Below are positions 1 through 10,001 of a DNA stretch of 64,000 bases, piece by piece. The position numbers were made by a program, and so were the translations under genes. Below the pieces are notes generated by a model. It did no database searches. It had not been told where the DNA came from and saw only the letters and a program-made list of their open reading frames with translations. This DNA is from an uncultured Alphaproteobacteria bacterium. Its GTDB lineage: Bacteria; Pseudomonadota; Alphaproteobacteria; CAAHEQ01; UBA3637. The first letter of the stretch is position 1; every line of letters starts with the position of its first letter. The stretch lies in the NCBI GenBank assembly GCA_944392145.1, contig CALXVS010000001.1, positions 11,502-75,501 of the forward strand, written 5' to 3'.

Positions 1-520
1 TCAATGCCAATGTTAAAAAAATCGCCATCGGATCGTTAGAACCCGATTCCACTTCCAATGTCGCCCGAATCTTTTCGCGCAAAGCGACCCCTCGGGAGCG
101 CAACAAGAAAAAAACGGCCGCTGCATCGGTAGAACTGATCATTGCGGCCAATAAAAACGCCGCCCCCCAATCAAGGCCTAAAACCAATCGTGCGGCCGGT
201 GCCAATAAAACCATGGTTAGCACAACCCCAAGGGTGGCTAATAAAAATGCGGCTTTTGATGCCTTTTTCAAACTGTTTAAATTCGTGTGGAATCCACTGT
301 CAAACAAAATAACCGCCAACGCCGCTGATCCGATAAAAAAGGCGATCTTCGGCCGTTTAAATGCATCAAAAATTTCAAACCCGCCGGCACCTGCCACCAA
401 TCCCATACAAAGTAACAATAAAATTAAAGGCACCCCGACACGCAGCGATACAACACTTGTTAAAATACTTAAACTTAATAAAAGCGAGGCAACCAAAATC
501 GGCAGGTTGATGAATTCCAC
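1..520 (-). CDS. Cation/proton antiporter, CPA1 NhaP2/CvrA-like (N-terminal part; gene continues past the left edge)
   Basis: Absent from the ORF track because it has no stop in the window. Reverse-strand reading from GTG at 518-520 (GGGGGAAAG SD just upstream) gives VEFINLPILVASLLLSLSILTSVVSLRVGVPLILLLLCMGLVAG...ISSTDAAAVFFLLR...LEVESGSNDPMAIFLTLAL. It has several TM helices plus the STDAA and ESGxNDP motifs I associate with NhaP2-type K+/H+ antiporters. ORF 213..581(+) is its antisense shadow. Confidence 0.7.
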   Translation of the reverse strand, partial: MEFINLPILVASLLLSLSILTSVVSLRVGVPLILLLLCMGLVAGAGGFEIFDAFKRPKIAFFIGSAALAVILFDSGFHTNLNSLKKASKAAFLLATLGVVLTMVLLAPAARLVLGLDWGAAFLLAAMISSTDAAAVFFLLRSRGVALREKIRATLEVESGSNDPMAIFLTLAL

Positions 521-534
521 GTTCTTTCCCCCGG

Positions 535-1551
535 TTATTGCACACCGCGCCGGCGTTTTAAACGTGTTAACTTACGACTGACAACCGTTGTATCACGTCC
601 CGTTTTGCCAAGCCGATCATACATCCGTTCAATTTCCTTATTCAAATATGCGGTTTCAACGGCTTTTTTCAACCGTTTTTTTTGCACCAAAGTGCCATGT
701 TCAGACACCGCCGCCATATCTGCCAAAATCAATGCAATGCTTTTATCGGGGTATCGGCGTTTTTCTTCAATCACATACGGTAAATCATGAATCAGGTTTT
801 GAACCGCAACAAACCCTTGTTCCCGATCATTTGTTTTGCGATACAAGGCCGCCATCATATCAAAAGCCACCCCGGCTTCAAAACTGTCATCTACAACAAT
901 AAAAGGAATTGGATCGGCAAACCCCTTTAAATGAATATCTTTTAAAAATTCCAACAAGTGATGAAAAAAGCCCTCTACATTAAATAAAATAAACGGTTTA
1001 AAGGGCAAAAAACCATCCTGCATGGCCACGCAATCATAAACCAGCTCATCCAATGTCCCGACACCGCCGGGAGCAAAAATCACAAAATCGGCGGCCAATA
1101 ATTGCTTTTTGCGTTCTTCCAACGTATGGGCAACAATAATGTCCGATACCTGATCCAAAATTTCATCACTTTGATATAATGCCAAATATTCCGCCGTCGT
1201 TACCCCGTGAATCGGAATTTTATGCGAACGCCCTAATTCCACCCATGCATTTAAAACACCGCGCGCTACCGCTCCCATAATCCCTTTAGACGATAACCCG
1301 AAATCAAGACGATACTGCTTACGCCCGATTTCCTGCCCTAATAAAAACGCTTGTTTTTCATAAACCTTTGTCAGGCCGGGGCGTGACCCGCCCGCCACAA
1401 AAACACGCACAAGCCCTTGCTCGTTGTGCGTGATAAATTCGCTGGCCAATGTTCCCGGGACGGCACTTTTCTTACCTTTACGTGCTGTCCGTGCCAACAA
1501 GCCCGAACCGCGGTCAAGCAAGATCTGATTGGCAGATTCTTGTTTTGTCAT
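535..1551 (-). CDS. LOG/TIGR00730-family Rossmann protein (nucleotide 5'-monophosphate nucleosidase-like) with C-terminal extension
   Basis: 338 aa. It has FVAGGSRPG and the PGGVGTLDEL (PGGxGTxxE) motif typical of the LOG family. The extra ~140 aa C-terminal region is unassigned. Confidence 0.75.
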   Translation of the reverse strand: MTKQESANQILLDRGSGLLARTARKGKKSAVPGTLASEFITHNEQGLVRVFVAGGSRPGLTKVYEKQAFLLGQEIGRKQYRLDFGLSSKGIMGAVARGVLNAWVELGRSHKIPIHGVTTAEYLALYQSDEILDQVSDIIVAHTLEERKKQLLAADFVIFAPGGVGTLDELVYDCVAMQDGFLPFKPFILFNVEGFFHHLLEFLKDIHLKGFADPIPFIVVDDSFEAGVAFDMMAALYRKTNDREQGFVAVQNLIHDLPYVIEEKRRYPDKSIALILADMAAVSEHGTLVQKKRLKKAVETAYLNKEIERMYDRLGKTGRDTTVVSRKLTRLKRRRGVQ

Positions 1552-1694
1552 AACAACTCCTAAAAAACTATTTTTATTTTTTTAAATCATACAAAAAAAA
1601 TAAGAATGAAGCAAATTATATCTGGTGAACACTCCGAAAAAATGCTATATATAAGAACACTTATTTTACGCTTGAATGAAAGGCAGGACAAAAA

Positions 1695-2819
1695 ATGCAA
1701 AAAACGGGTTTGAAATTGGTCGCTTTGGCACTTGTTATCGCAGGTATCGGGGGATATTTTTACTGGCACAGACACTCCATTCAACCGACCGCGACCACCC
1801 AATATCCCGAAGTTAATGCCTTTCGTGTTGAAAGCGTACCGGTCAACCCCGAATCAAGCTTTGTTGCCAAAATTGAAGCGGAAGATTCTGTTGGCTTAAG
1901 GGCTCGTGTTACAGGTTTCTTGCAAAAACGCCTGTTTAAAGAAGGAGATATCGTTCAAGCGGGACAGCCTTTATTTTTGATTGAAAAAGTCAATTTTGAA
2001 TCAGCCGTGCGTGAGGCTGAAGCAAATTATACCAAAGCCCAAGCCAATGAAAAAAACGCCAAATCTCAATATGAACGCACCAAAACTTTGTTTAAAACAA
2101 AGGATGTATCTGAAGCACGTTTGGATGAAACCGAAGCGGCCTATCAAGCGGCACAAGCCGAAGTTGCCCAAATGAAAGCACGCTTGGACCTTGCCCGCCA
2201 GGATGTGGATTACACAGAAGTGAAAGCCCCCATGAACGGGAAAATCGGCGAATCGGAATTCTCTGAAGGGGAACTGATCGGGCCCGAATCAGGTGTCTTG
2301 GCAACGATTGTCACCGTCAATCCGATGGATGCGGTCTTTTCCGTCAGTGAAAACCAATTGTTAAGCTTGCGTGCCATTTTTGATAAAACAACCGCTATTG
2401 ATGTCTTTTTTGTAACTGCAGACGGCAAAACATACCCCCATAAAGGACATATTTCATTTGTAGATGTCAAATTGGACGAAGCCATGAATACCCTAAAACT
2501 GAAAGCCTCGTTCCCTAATCCCGACGGTCATTTGATTTCCGGTCAATACGGCCGTGTTATTTTAAAAGGTCAAACGCCTATTAGTCAAATCGTGATTCCT
2601 ATGCGTGCCGTTCAACGGGATATGACGTCATCGTTTGTGTATGTCATCACGCCCGAAAACATTGTTGAAAAACGCCCGATTAAAGAGGGAATAGAACTTT
2701 CCGATTTTCGGGTTATTGTCAATGAGGGCCTAATACCTGGTGATGTTGTCATTATTGATGGTTTCCAAAAAATCACGCCCCAGATGACCGTCACACCTGT
2801 TTTTAATACCACAAAATAA
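1695..2819 (+). CDS. RND efflux periplasmic adaptor (membrane fusion protein, AcrA/HlyD-like)
   Basis: 374 aa with an N-terminal TM anchor, a coiled-coil hairpin region (EAEANYTKAQANEKNAK...AQAEVAQMKARLDLA) and beta-barrel motifs. It lies immediately upstream of an RND permease. Confidence 0.85.
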   Translation: MQKTGLKLVALALVIAGIGGYFYWHRHSIQPTATTQYPEVNAFRVESVPVNPESSFVAKIEAEDSVGLRARVTGFLQKRLFKEGDIVQAGQPLFLIEKVNFESAVREAEANYTKAQANEKNAKSQYERTKTLFKTKDVSEARLDETEAAYQAAQAEVAQMKARLDLARQDVDYTEVKAPMNGKIGESEFSEGELIGPESGVLATIVTVNPMDAVFSVSENQLLSLRAIFDKTTAIDVFFVTADGKTYPHKGHISFVDVKLDEAMNTLKLKASFPNPDGHLISGQYGRVILKGQTPISQIVIPMRAVQRDMTSSFVYVITPENIVEKRPIKEGIELSDFRVIVNEGLIPGDVVIIDGFQKITPQMTVTPVFNTTK

Positions 2820-2843
2820 GCCGTTTTTTCTAAGGAGAAACCT

Positions 2844-5800
2844 ATGATCGCCGATGCTTTTATTAAACGCCCCCGGTTGGCCAGCGTTCTTTCCATTGTA
2901 ATTGTTTTGGCCGGGCTGTTGTCTTTGTTCGCTATGCCTGTGGAACAATATCCTAACATTGTTCCTCCATCGGTCAGCGTTTCAACAACGTATCCGGGGG
3001 CCAGTGCCGATGTGGTTGAATCAACCGTTGCCCAACAAATAGAATCGGCTGTCAATGGCGTAGAGAATATGCTTTATATGAGTTCAACCAGCAGCGATGA
3101 CGGTTCCTATGCCTTAACGGTTACGTTTAAAATCGGAACAGACCCCGACATGGCTTCGGTCAATGTGCAAAATCGCGTTAAAAAGGTTGAAAATAACCTG
3201 CCGGCCGAAGTATTAAAACAAGGTATTGAAGTAGAAGCCCGCATGTCGTCCATGTTGGAAATTTTTACGATTTCAGCAACAGATAATCAATATGATGATA
3301 AATTTTTAACAAACTATGTTTTGTTAAATGTAAAAGATGAATTGGCGCGCACAAACGGTGTCGGCAATGTGATGGTTTTTTCAACATTAGACTATAGCAT
3401 GCGTGTTTGGTTGAACAATGACAAGTTGAAAAGCCTGAAACTCTCAACAAATGACGTTTTGAATGCAATTGAAACACAAAATATTCAGGCTCCGTTGGGA
3501 CGAATCGGCGTTATGCCGTCAACCCCGGATCAACAGTTTCAATTCTCTATTACCACACAAGGACAACTGTCAACCCCCGAAGAATTTGGGAATATCGTTA
3601 TTCGCGCCAACAAAGACGGATCTTATTTGCTTTTAAAAGATATTGCCCGCATTGAATTAGGGGCAAAATCCGAATTAATGCGTGCCCTTTACAACGGGAA
3701 GCCGGCAGTCGGTATTGCTATTTTCCAAGCCCCCGGTTCCAACGCTGTTGACGTATCAACCGCTGTCAACAAAAAAGTGGCGGAACTTCAGAAAAAAATG
3801 CCTGATGGTATAATTTTCAATACCATTTTTGATAATGCCCAGTTTGTCAAAGACTCCATGAAAGAAATCGGTTCAACCGTCTTGGAGGCCTTTATCCTGA
3901 TCGTATTGGTTACCTATTTGTTTTTGGGAACGTTACGCGCAACCATTATTCCGACATTAGCGATTATTGTTTCGTTAATCGGCGCGTTTATCGGAATGAG
4001 TCTGTTCGGTGTCAGTGCGAATACGATTTCACTTTTAGCCCTTGTTTTGGCTATTGGTGTGGTGATTGATGATGCCATTGTGGTGGTTGAAGACGTAGAA
4101 ACCGTTATGCATGAAAATCCTAAAATGGATCCGGCAGATGCCGTGAAAAAATCCATGGATCGCATCACGGCACCAATTATCGCCATTACCCTTGTTTTGT
4201 TGGCCGTATTTGTTCCGGTCGCATTTATGCCCGGCATTTCGGGTATTTTGTATCGTCAGTTTGCCATTGCCATTTCATCGGCCATGGTTATTTCAGGGTT
4301 AAATTCGTTGACGTTGTCACCGGCTGTTGCCGCCGTTATCATGCGTGCGGGGAACAAACCTTATGCTTTTGTTCAAAAAGCCATGGACGGTGTTTCCTGG
4401 GCACGGGATAAATATGCCGCCGGCGTCAAAAAAATGGTTCCCGTGTCAAAAATTGCTCTTTTAATGGTTTTAGCGTGTGGTATCGGTGCCTATATTTTAA
4501 CACAAAAAATTCCCAGCGGCTTTTTACCGGCCGAAGATCAAGGCGCCTTTTTGATGGAAGTTCAACTGCCCTCGGGAGCCTCTTGGAATCGGACCCAAGC
4601 CGTTATGCAGGAAGTGCAGCGTCGCTTGGAAACCATTCCGGAAGTGCAATCCACTATGGCTATTATCGGCTATAGTATCATGTCCAGTGTCCAATCGGCA
4701 AGTAATGGCTTTTTCGCCGTTAAATTAACCCCTTATGACAAACGGACACGGCCTGATCAAAGTATTGATGCTTTAATCGGAAAAGTGTATATGATGATGG
4801 CCGATATCAAAGAAGCCCGCGTGTTTCCGTTTAACATGCCGGCGATTATGGGTATCAGTATTTCATCGGATATGGAATACATTTTGCAAAGCACAATGGG
4901 CGCCTCGCCCGAAGAACTGCTGCAAACAGCGCAAAGTCTTATTGAAAAGGCCAATATGAACAAAGATTTGGCGCGTGTTATGACCCTTTATACGGTTGAT
5001 TCGCCCCGTGTTCGCTTAAATGTTGACCGGCAAAAGGCTTTTGCTTTAGGTGTGCAAATATCGGATATTTTTGCCACCATGCAAACCATGTTGGGAGGCA
5101 CTTATATCAATGATTTCAGCCTTTACGGACGCACCTGGCAAGTCAATGTGCAAGGGGATGTGATGGAACGACGCACGCTGGATGACATTTTTAAAATCAA
5201 TATTCGCAACGACAAGGGGGAAATGGTGCCGTTACGTTCTTTGGTGAGTATTGAACGCACCATCGGTGCCCAAACCATTCAACGTTATAACAACTATCGG
5301 TCAATCAAAATTATGGTTACACCGGCTAACGGTGTCGGATCGGGGACAGCTATTGCGGCAATGGATGAAATCTCAAAAACCCTGCCGACCGGTTATCAAT
5401 ATGAATGGACCGGCATGGCGGTTCAAGAGCAGGAAGCGGCCTCACAGATTATTGCTATTTTCGGATTGGCCTTTTTATTCGCCTATCTGTTTTTAGTGGC
5501 TTTGTATGAAAGTTGGATTATCCCGGTTCCAGTGATGGTTTCAATTATCATCGGTTTATTCGGCGCTATGTTATTTTTATTTGTGCGGAACATTACAAAC
5601 GATTTATACGCCCAAACGGGTATTGTCGTTTTAATCGCTCTGGCGGCCAAAAATGCGATTTTATTGGTTGAATTTGCTCGAGATGAACATGACAAAGGTT
5701 TGCCGACAAAACAGGCCGCCATAAATGCCGCTCATATGCGATTCCGTGCGATTATAATGACCGCAATTTCATCGTTGTTGGGGTTCTTGCCACTGGTCAC

Positions 5801-5957
5801 TGCAACCGGTGCCGGCGCTATGGCACGCCAAGCGATCGGTTCCTCTATTTTCGGCGGTATGGCAATGGCTTCATTTATCGGTATCTTCTTTATTCCTTCG
5901 CTTTATATCGTGTTTCAAGGATTGATTGATACCTTTTGGCGAAAAAAGAAACGCTGA
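2844..5957 (+). CDS. RND efflux permease (AcrB/AcrD/AcrF family)
   Basis: 1037 aa with the canonical start MIADAFIKRPRLASVLSIVIVLAG, 12-TM architecture, two large periplasmic loops and the VIDDAIVVVE motif. Confidence 0.92.
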   Translation: MIADAFIKRPRLASVLSIVIVLAGLLSLFAMPVEQYPNIVPPSVSVSTTYPGASADVVESTVAQQIESAVNGVENMLYMSSTSSDDGSYALTVTFKIGTDPDMASVNVQNRVKKVENNLPAEVLKQGIEVEARMSSMLEIFTISATDNQYDDKFLTNYVLLNVKDELARTNGVGNVMVFSTLDYSMRVWLNNDKLKSLKLSTNDVLNAIETQNIQAPLGRIGVMPSTPDQQFQFSITTQGQLSTPEEFGNIVIRANKDGSYLLLKDIARIELGAKSELMRALYNGKPAVGIAIFQAPGSNAVDVSTAVNKKVAELQKKMPDGIIFNTIFDNAQFVKDSMKEIGSTVLEAFILIVLVTYLFLGTLRATIIPTLAIIVSLIGAFIGMSLFGVSANTISLLALVLAIGVVIDDAIVVVEDVETVMHENPKMDPADAVKKSMDRITAPIIAITLVLLAVFVPVAFMPGISGILYRQFAIAISSAMVISGLNSLTLSPAVAAVIMRAGNKPYAFVQKAMDGVSWARDKYAAGVKKMVPVSKIALLMVLACGIGAYILTQKIPSGFLPAEDQGAFLMEVQLPSGASWNRTQAVMQEVQRRLETIPEVQSTMAIIGYSIMSSVQSASNGFFAVKLTPYDKRTRPDQSIDALIGKVYMMMADIKEARVFPFNMPAIMGISISSDMEYILQSTMGASPEELLQTAQSLIEKANMNKDLARVMTLYTVDSPRVRLNVDRQKAFALGVQISDIFATMQTMLGGTYINDFSLYGRTWQVNVQGDVMERRTLDDIFKINIRNDKGEMVPLRSLVSIERTIGAQTIQRYNNYRSIKIMVTPANGVGSGTAIAAMDEISKTLPTGYQYEWTGMAVQEQEAASQIIAIFGLAFLFAYLFLVALYESWIIPVPVMVSIIIGLFGAMLFLFVRNITNDLYAQTGIVVLIALAAKNAILLVEFARDEHDKGLPTKQAAINAAHMRFRAIIMTAISSLLGFLPLVTATGAGAMARQAIGSSIFGGMAMASFIGIFFIPSLYIVFQGLIDTFWRKKKR

Positions 5958-5970
5958 TGTATTTGATATA

Positions 5971-6003
5971 AAAAAACCGCTTTTTAAAAAAAGCGGTTTT
6001 TTT
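5971..6003. terminator. Bidirectional intrinsic terminator between convergent RND permease and lipoprotein genes
   Basis: Perfect palindrome aaaaaaccgcttttt/aaaaaagcggttttttt: a GC core stem (ACCGC/GCGGT) flanked by an A-run and a T-run. Confidence 0.8.
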
Positions 6004-6017
6004 ATTAAAAGAGAATA

Positions 6018-6341
6018 TCAGTCTTCACGAACATTCAAAATGCATTGATTCCCGCGATATGTCCAGTCATAAACCCGATTGTCCCGCAATTTAAAAACAA
6101 TATCACAATAATGATAAATCCGTTCGGTCCAACCGCGTGTAATCATATCCGTATGATACAATAAGTGTCGTTCCCCATCGGGGAATAAAAAACCTTGCGT
6201 CGGCACACCGAAGTTTTCATACAAATCTTCAGCCGTTTGATTATACCATGTTGTTGAACGAGATTCAGTATTTGTCGGATGATCAGGCGCACAGGCCGAC
6301 ACCAACACCAAAATCGCCGCGAGTCCTAATATTTTTTTCAT
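6018..6341 (-). CDS. Small lipoprotein (possibly BamE/SmpA-OmlA-like)
   Basis: 107 aa with the lipobox LVLVSAC after MKKILGLAAI. The layout (FGVP..., later VFKLRDNRVYDW) loosely resembles the SmpA/OmlA fold. The family call is weak. Confidence 0.5.
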   Translation of the reverse strand: MKKILGLAAILVLVSACAPDHPTNTESRSTTWYNQTAEDLYENFGVPTQGFLFPDGERHLLYHTDMITRGWTERIYHYCDIVFKLRDNRVYDWTYRGNQCILNVRED

Positions 6342-6449
6342 AAAACTATCCTTTGACTTTATACCTAAGTTAAAAATACATCATTTTATAAAACATGTCA
6401 AATCTTTATTTGTGCCATTCTTCTTGGGCTCTCCCTTGACAGAATAGGG

Positions 6450-7001
6450 CTAATCCGCAACCGTATCGTCCTTTTCTGACACACAAACCGACTCATTAAC
6501 CGGTTCCGTGCGTCTGGAATCAACTGTGCGCGGAATCATACGCCGACGTGATTTAAACCCACTGTTTCGCACGGGGGCAATAGATAAAACCGGCTCTTCC
6601 GGCGAGGTTCCTTCTTCCGCAGCGGACGGACTTTCTTCTGTTAAAGCCGCTTGATTATTATCTTCCCCCTTTTCGGATACACTGTCACGCCCTTCATACG
6701 ATCGCGTATAATAGGCTGTGTTATTGGCTCTGAATGCTTGTTCATTAGCAATGGCAATATTTTGCAGACGCATATAATGATCGGCATACTGCAAACAACT
6801 TTCTGATAAAATCAAATCATTTTGCAACAAGGCATCTTTTGCCGCTGCCTGATACTTTTCAAACAACTGCAAAGCCGTCCCATGCAATTTACCGCACGGT
6901 CCCGAACTTTCTAACGCCGTATTGCGCATAATTGTTTGTGTACGGGTTGTGCGGGAATTGTTATACCGTCCCCCAAAACGGTTTTTTTGATTTTGTCTCA
7001 T
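6450..7001 (-). CDS. DUF4167 domain protein (alphaproteobacterial)
   Basis: 183 aa with a basic N-terminus (MRQNQKNRFGGRYNN), then GTALQLFEKYQAAAKDALLQNDLILSESCLQYADHYMRL. This matches my memory of the DUF4167 core (QLxEKYxxLARDA...AENYxQHAEHYxR). Confidence 0.7.
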   Translation of the reverse strand: MRQNQKNRFGGRYNNSRTTRTQTIMRNTALESSGPCGKLHGTALQLFEKYQAAAKDALLQNDLILSESCLQYADHYMRLQNIAIANEQAFRANNTAYYTRSYEGRDSVSEKGEDNNQAALTEESPSAAEEGTSPEEPVLSIAPVRNSGFKSRRRMIPRTVDSRRTEPVNESVCVSEKDDTVAD

Positions 7002-7106
7002 ATATCCTCAAAAAATAATCTTTACAATTACGCTTTTTCAACAAGCTCCCCAAAAGAAGAGGGCTTTATTTTAACAACATTTTCCCCGGATTATCAAAAA
7101 ACACCA

Positions 7107-8291
7107 CTAATAAATCGTGGCTGAATAATTATACAAAACCGGTTGTGACACCTGCTGCGGATAAACAGCCGGTTGCGATGCTGCTTGAACAGCCGGTTGT
7201 ATCATCGGTGATGGTGCCGAAACGGGAGTTGTCTGCTGCATCTGCATCAAGGGCAGCACTTGGGGTTGAACAGGCATGGGTGAAACATTTTGCGCCATAC
7301 CCATGGTTCCCGGATACGGTTGAACACCCTGCACCATCGGCATAGCCGTCATTTGCTGCTGCATAACGGGAACGGTCGGTGCCATTTGAGGTGCAGATGT
7401 TCCTAATTGCAAGACAACCGGCTGTTTTTGCACATACGTCGGCTGTTGTTGCATGACAAGGGGTTCTTGTTGCACAAAAGCAGGTTGACGTTGTAATGTG
7501 ACAGGCTGCTGCATGATAACGGGTTTGCGTACGACAACAGGTTGCTGCACAACAACCGGTTGTTGCACGGTTATTTCACGTTGAACAGAAACAGGATATT
7601 GAACCGATACCGGATATTGTTTTGTCACCGGATATTGAACTTTAATTGGTTGTTGCGTTTGTGTTAATTGGGTGGCCCCAACGAATGACTCTTGCACCAC
7701 CTGTTGCGGAGCCAGCGCCCCTTGAGCCACAGAAGACCGGCGCCGCACCAACTGAGGTGCCGGCGCAGGCACAGCCGGTGTAGTGGCCACTTGAACGCGC
7801 TGATTCATCGGCGCGGAAACCACGGGAGCTGTCGGTACCAAAGTCGGTGCGGCAACACGCGGTGCCGCATTTGGTATAGCACTTGGTTGCGGTTGTGTTG
7901 CCTGCTTGCCAGAAGAGACATTCGTTTCAACCGTTACCGGTGTATCCGCTGTTACATTGACAGATAAATCTTCTACAAACTCGGCCTCACTTTTTACTTT
8001 CGGGACAGGTTTAATTTCCCCTTCAACAGCCCCATAGGCACCACTTCTGTAAAAATTATTGATATTATCCGCATCGGAAAATGATACGTCTATAATTTCC
8101 TGTTTCGGTTTTTCGGGAACCGCTTTAACCACAGGCTGAACTGCTACAACCTGAGGTGCCGGATCTGCCGTCTCACTGCCCGTTGCATATGACCAATTGA
8201 TTGTATCATCCTGAAATGCTGCGGCGGAAAATGCGCCGGCGGTTGACGCCGCCAATACGGCCATCAAAAACGGAACAGGTGTTTTTTTCAT
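7107..8291 (-). CDS. Secreted Pro/Gln/Val-rich repeat protein, function unknown
   Basis: 394 aa with the signal peptide MKKTPVPFLMAVLAASTAGAFSAAA. The C-terminal two thirds are low-complexity repeats (QYPVTKQYPVSVQYPVSV, QQPVVVQQPVVVRKPVIMQQPV...). Confidence 0.7.
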   Translation of the reverse strand: MKKTPVPFLMAVLAASTAGAFSAAAFQDDTINWSYATGSETADPAPQVVAVQPVVKAVPEKPKQEIIDVSFSDADNINNFYRSGAYGAVEGEIKPVPKVKSEAEFVEDLSVNVTADTPVTVETNVSSGKQATQPQPSAIPNAAPRVAAPTLVPTAPVVSAPMNQRVQVATTPAVPAPAPQLVRRRSSVAQGALAPQQVVQESFVGATQLTQTQQPIKVQYPVTKQYPVSVQYPVSVQREITVQQPVVVQQPVVVRKPVIMQQPVTLQRQPAFVQQEPLVMQQQPTYVQKQPVVLQLGTSAPQMAPTVPVMQQQMTAMPMVQGVQPYPGTMGMAQNVSPMPVQPQVLPLMQMQQTTPVSAPSPMIQPAVQAASQPAVYPQQVSQPVLYNYSATIY

Positions 8292-8368
8292 GTATCACTC
8301 CTAAAAAAAACGCAAAAGTTTAAAAACATAAGGTTATGTTAAAACGACCTTAAAAAAAAATCAAGGAT

Positions 8369-8620
8369 TTATTCGGTAATCCCCAATAATTTTTTATATG
8401 AATCACGTAAAAACTCGGACTCGGCCCGATCCGCCGGGGTCATTTTCCTTAACCGCAAAATTTGCCGCATCGTTTTGGTGTCAAAGCCGTTTCCTTTTGC
8501 CTCGGCAAAAATCTCTCGCACATCTGCACCCAATTCACGACGTTCTTCTTCAAGCCGTTCAATCCGTTCAATATAGCTTTGCAGTTTTTGGCTTTCGCCG
8601 GGCTGTTGCATATCACTCAT
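8369..8620 (-). CDS. gapR: GapR-like nucleoid-associated protein (DUF2312/UPF0335)
   Basis: 83 aa. LQSYIERIERLEEERRELGADVREIFAEAKGNGFDTKTMRQILRLRKM is the conserved DUF2312 core as I remember it from Caulobacter GapR. Confidence 0.8.
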   Translation of the reverse strand: MSDMQQPGESQKLQSYIERIERLEEERRELGADVREIFAEAKGNGFDTKTMRQILRLRKMTPADRAESEFLRDSYKKLLGITE

Positions 8621-8638
8621 GCTGTTTTCCTTTTTAAG

Positions 8639-9163
8639 TTACGAGACTTTTTTTGCGGCCAATGCAATTTCTTTGTTCAAATCCGATTCGGAACATAATC
8701 CCAGTGTAACAGGGTTCCGCGGACGAATGTTGTGAATATTTTTATGCGTTTTATCACGAATTGCCGCAATTGTCGGCTTGGTCGTCCGTAATAACCGAAC
8801 AATTTGCGCATCAGATAACTCGGGATGATGCCGCACAATCCACGCAATACCGTCGGGACGTTCTGTCCGCTTGGCCTGGGACACATAACGAACGCCTTTG
8901 TGCAACAATCGCTCCACCTCGGGATTAGATAACAACGTCAATGTTGCGGTTGAATCTTTTTCGCACCGTTCAATTTCTGCCACGCTCAGTTGATTATTTG
9001 CAATCGGATTCAATCCCATAATGTTAAAAGCCACATCACCATCGGCAATGGCCTGAATCTCCAAAACATGCATGCCGCAAAAATCGGCAATCTGTTGAAA
9101 TGAAAGCGTTGTGTTATCAACAAGCCAAACGGCCGTAGCCTTTGGCATCAATGGTAAAGTCAT
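8639..9163 (-). CDS. DUF1013 protein (cell-cycle transcriptional regulator TrcR-like)
   Basis: MTLPLMPKATAVWLVDNTTLSFQQIADFCGMHVLEIQAIADGDVA is the typical DUF1013 N-terminus. I prefer the start at M5 of the track ORF (9163). Confidence 0.75.
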   Translation of the reverse strand: MTLPLMPKATAVWLVDNTTLSFQQIADFCGMHVLEIQAIADGDVAFNIMGLNPIANNQLSVAEIERCEKDSTATLTLLSNPEVERLLHKGVRYVSQAKRTERPDGIAWIVRHHPELSDAQIVRLLRTTKPTIAAIRDKTHKNIHNIRPRNPVTLGLCSESDLNKEIALAAKKVS

Positions 9164-9334
9164 AAGACACCTCACATGGTTAAAAAATGATTCGTTTATG
9201 TCAGTATAACCGTTTTCATCCGAATAATCAATAAAAAATACACGCTTGAAAAAATAAAATGATATGTTATACTGCTTTTTGTATTGAACAGGCCTGTTTC
9301 AAAACGGGTTTTATGTAATTGATAAGGAGTTATT

Positions 9335-9877
9335 ATGAAAAAACTGATTTATTCTTCTTTAATTGCCGCGGCCCTCGGATGGAGCATCCCGTCCCAAGCC
9401 GATTTTTATGCCGGTTTAGGATTAGGGGCCAGCTTTAATGATGGTTCCGTTAAAACAAACAACGTGAAATCATCCTATAAAGACACCCCTGTTTACAGTA
9501 TATCGGGCGGGTATGAATTGCCGTTGCCGATTTTGGATATTCGCGGAGAAGCCGAAATTTTGTATATGAAACCAAAGGTCAAAACCGGCCGTGACAGAAA
9601 ATTGCAATCCGTTATGTTTAACGGAATCGCTGTTATTCCGTTTGTGCCGTTTATTGACCCGTATGTCGGCGCAGGGTTCGGGTATGCCCGCTATGACCAC
9701 ACCAACGCCATCGCGGTTCAAGGGATGTTGGGTGTTGAATACGAATTGCCCATTGCACCAATGACGGTAGGTGCCGAATACCGATATTATAAGGTGAACG
9801 AGGGGACCGGTAAAACAAATTCGGAATCAAAGTTCCACACCAATATCTTAATGTTAAAAGCGAAATATTTGTTTTAA
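9335..9877 (+). CDS. Small outer-membrane beta-barrel protein (OMP_b-brl / opacity-porin-like)
   Basis: 180 aa with a signal peptide ending SQA, alternating hydrophobic beta-strand pattern, aromatic girdle residues and a C-terminal ...KAKYLF (terminal Phe). Confidence 0.7.
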   Translation: MKKLIYSSLIAAALGWSIPSQADFYAGLGLGASFNDGSVKTNNVKSSYKDTPVYSISGGYELPLPILDIRGEAEILYMKPKVKTGRDRKLQSVMFNGIAVIPFVPFIDPYVGAGFGYARYDHTNAIAVQGMLGVEYELPIAPMTVGAEYRYYKVNEGTGKTNSESKFHTNILMLKAKYLF

Positions 9878-9895
9878 AAGACTCTGTTAAAAACA

Positions 9896-9931
9896 CCCCC
9901 GCCGACGAAAAGCCGACGGGGGCTTTCTTTT
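9896..9931. terminator. Bidirectional intrinsic terminator between the OMP gene (+) and pilin-like copy 1 (-)
   Basis: cccccgccgacgaaaagccgacggggg hairpin followed by ctttctttt on the + strand. On the - strand the same stem is followed by tgttttt. Confidence 0.7.
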
Positions 9932-10001
9932 GCTGATCGGCGGGAATAGTTTTATGGGAGACACCCGCCCCAAGGCAAAAGAACCCGATTTATTTGTGCC
10001 T

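Noticed and set aside
30-41. A 12-nt exact match (ggatcgttagaa) to the reverse complement of the distal-block hairpin core (ttctaacgatcc).
   Set aside because: It lies inside the antiporter gene, where it encodes the conserved GSNDP motif, and there is no flanking similarity. I treat it as coincidence.
213-581. Numerous + strand ORFs in the track lying inside long minus-strand genes, for example 213..581, 10373..10861, 18662..19273, 45265..45693, 17794..18219 and 60261..60647.
   Set aside because: - They are antisense shadows of well-supported genes.
- Their translations are low-complexity, rich in Arg, Ser, Pro and Cys, with no motifs.
- No SD sequences were noted.
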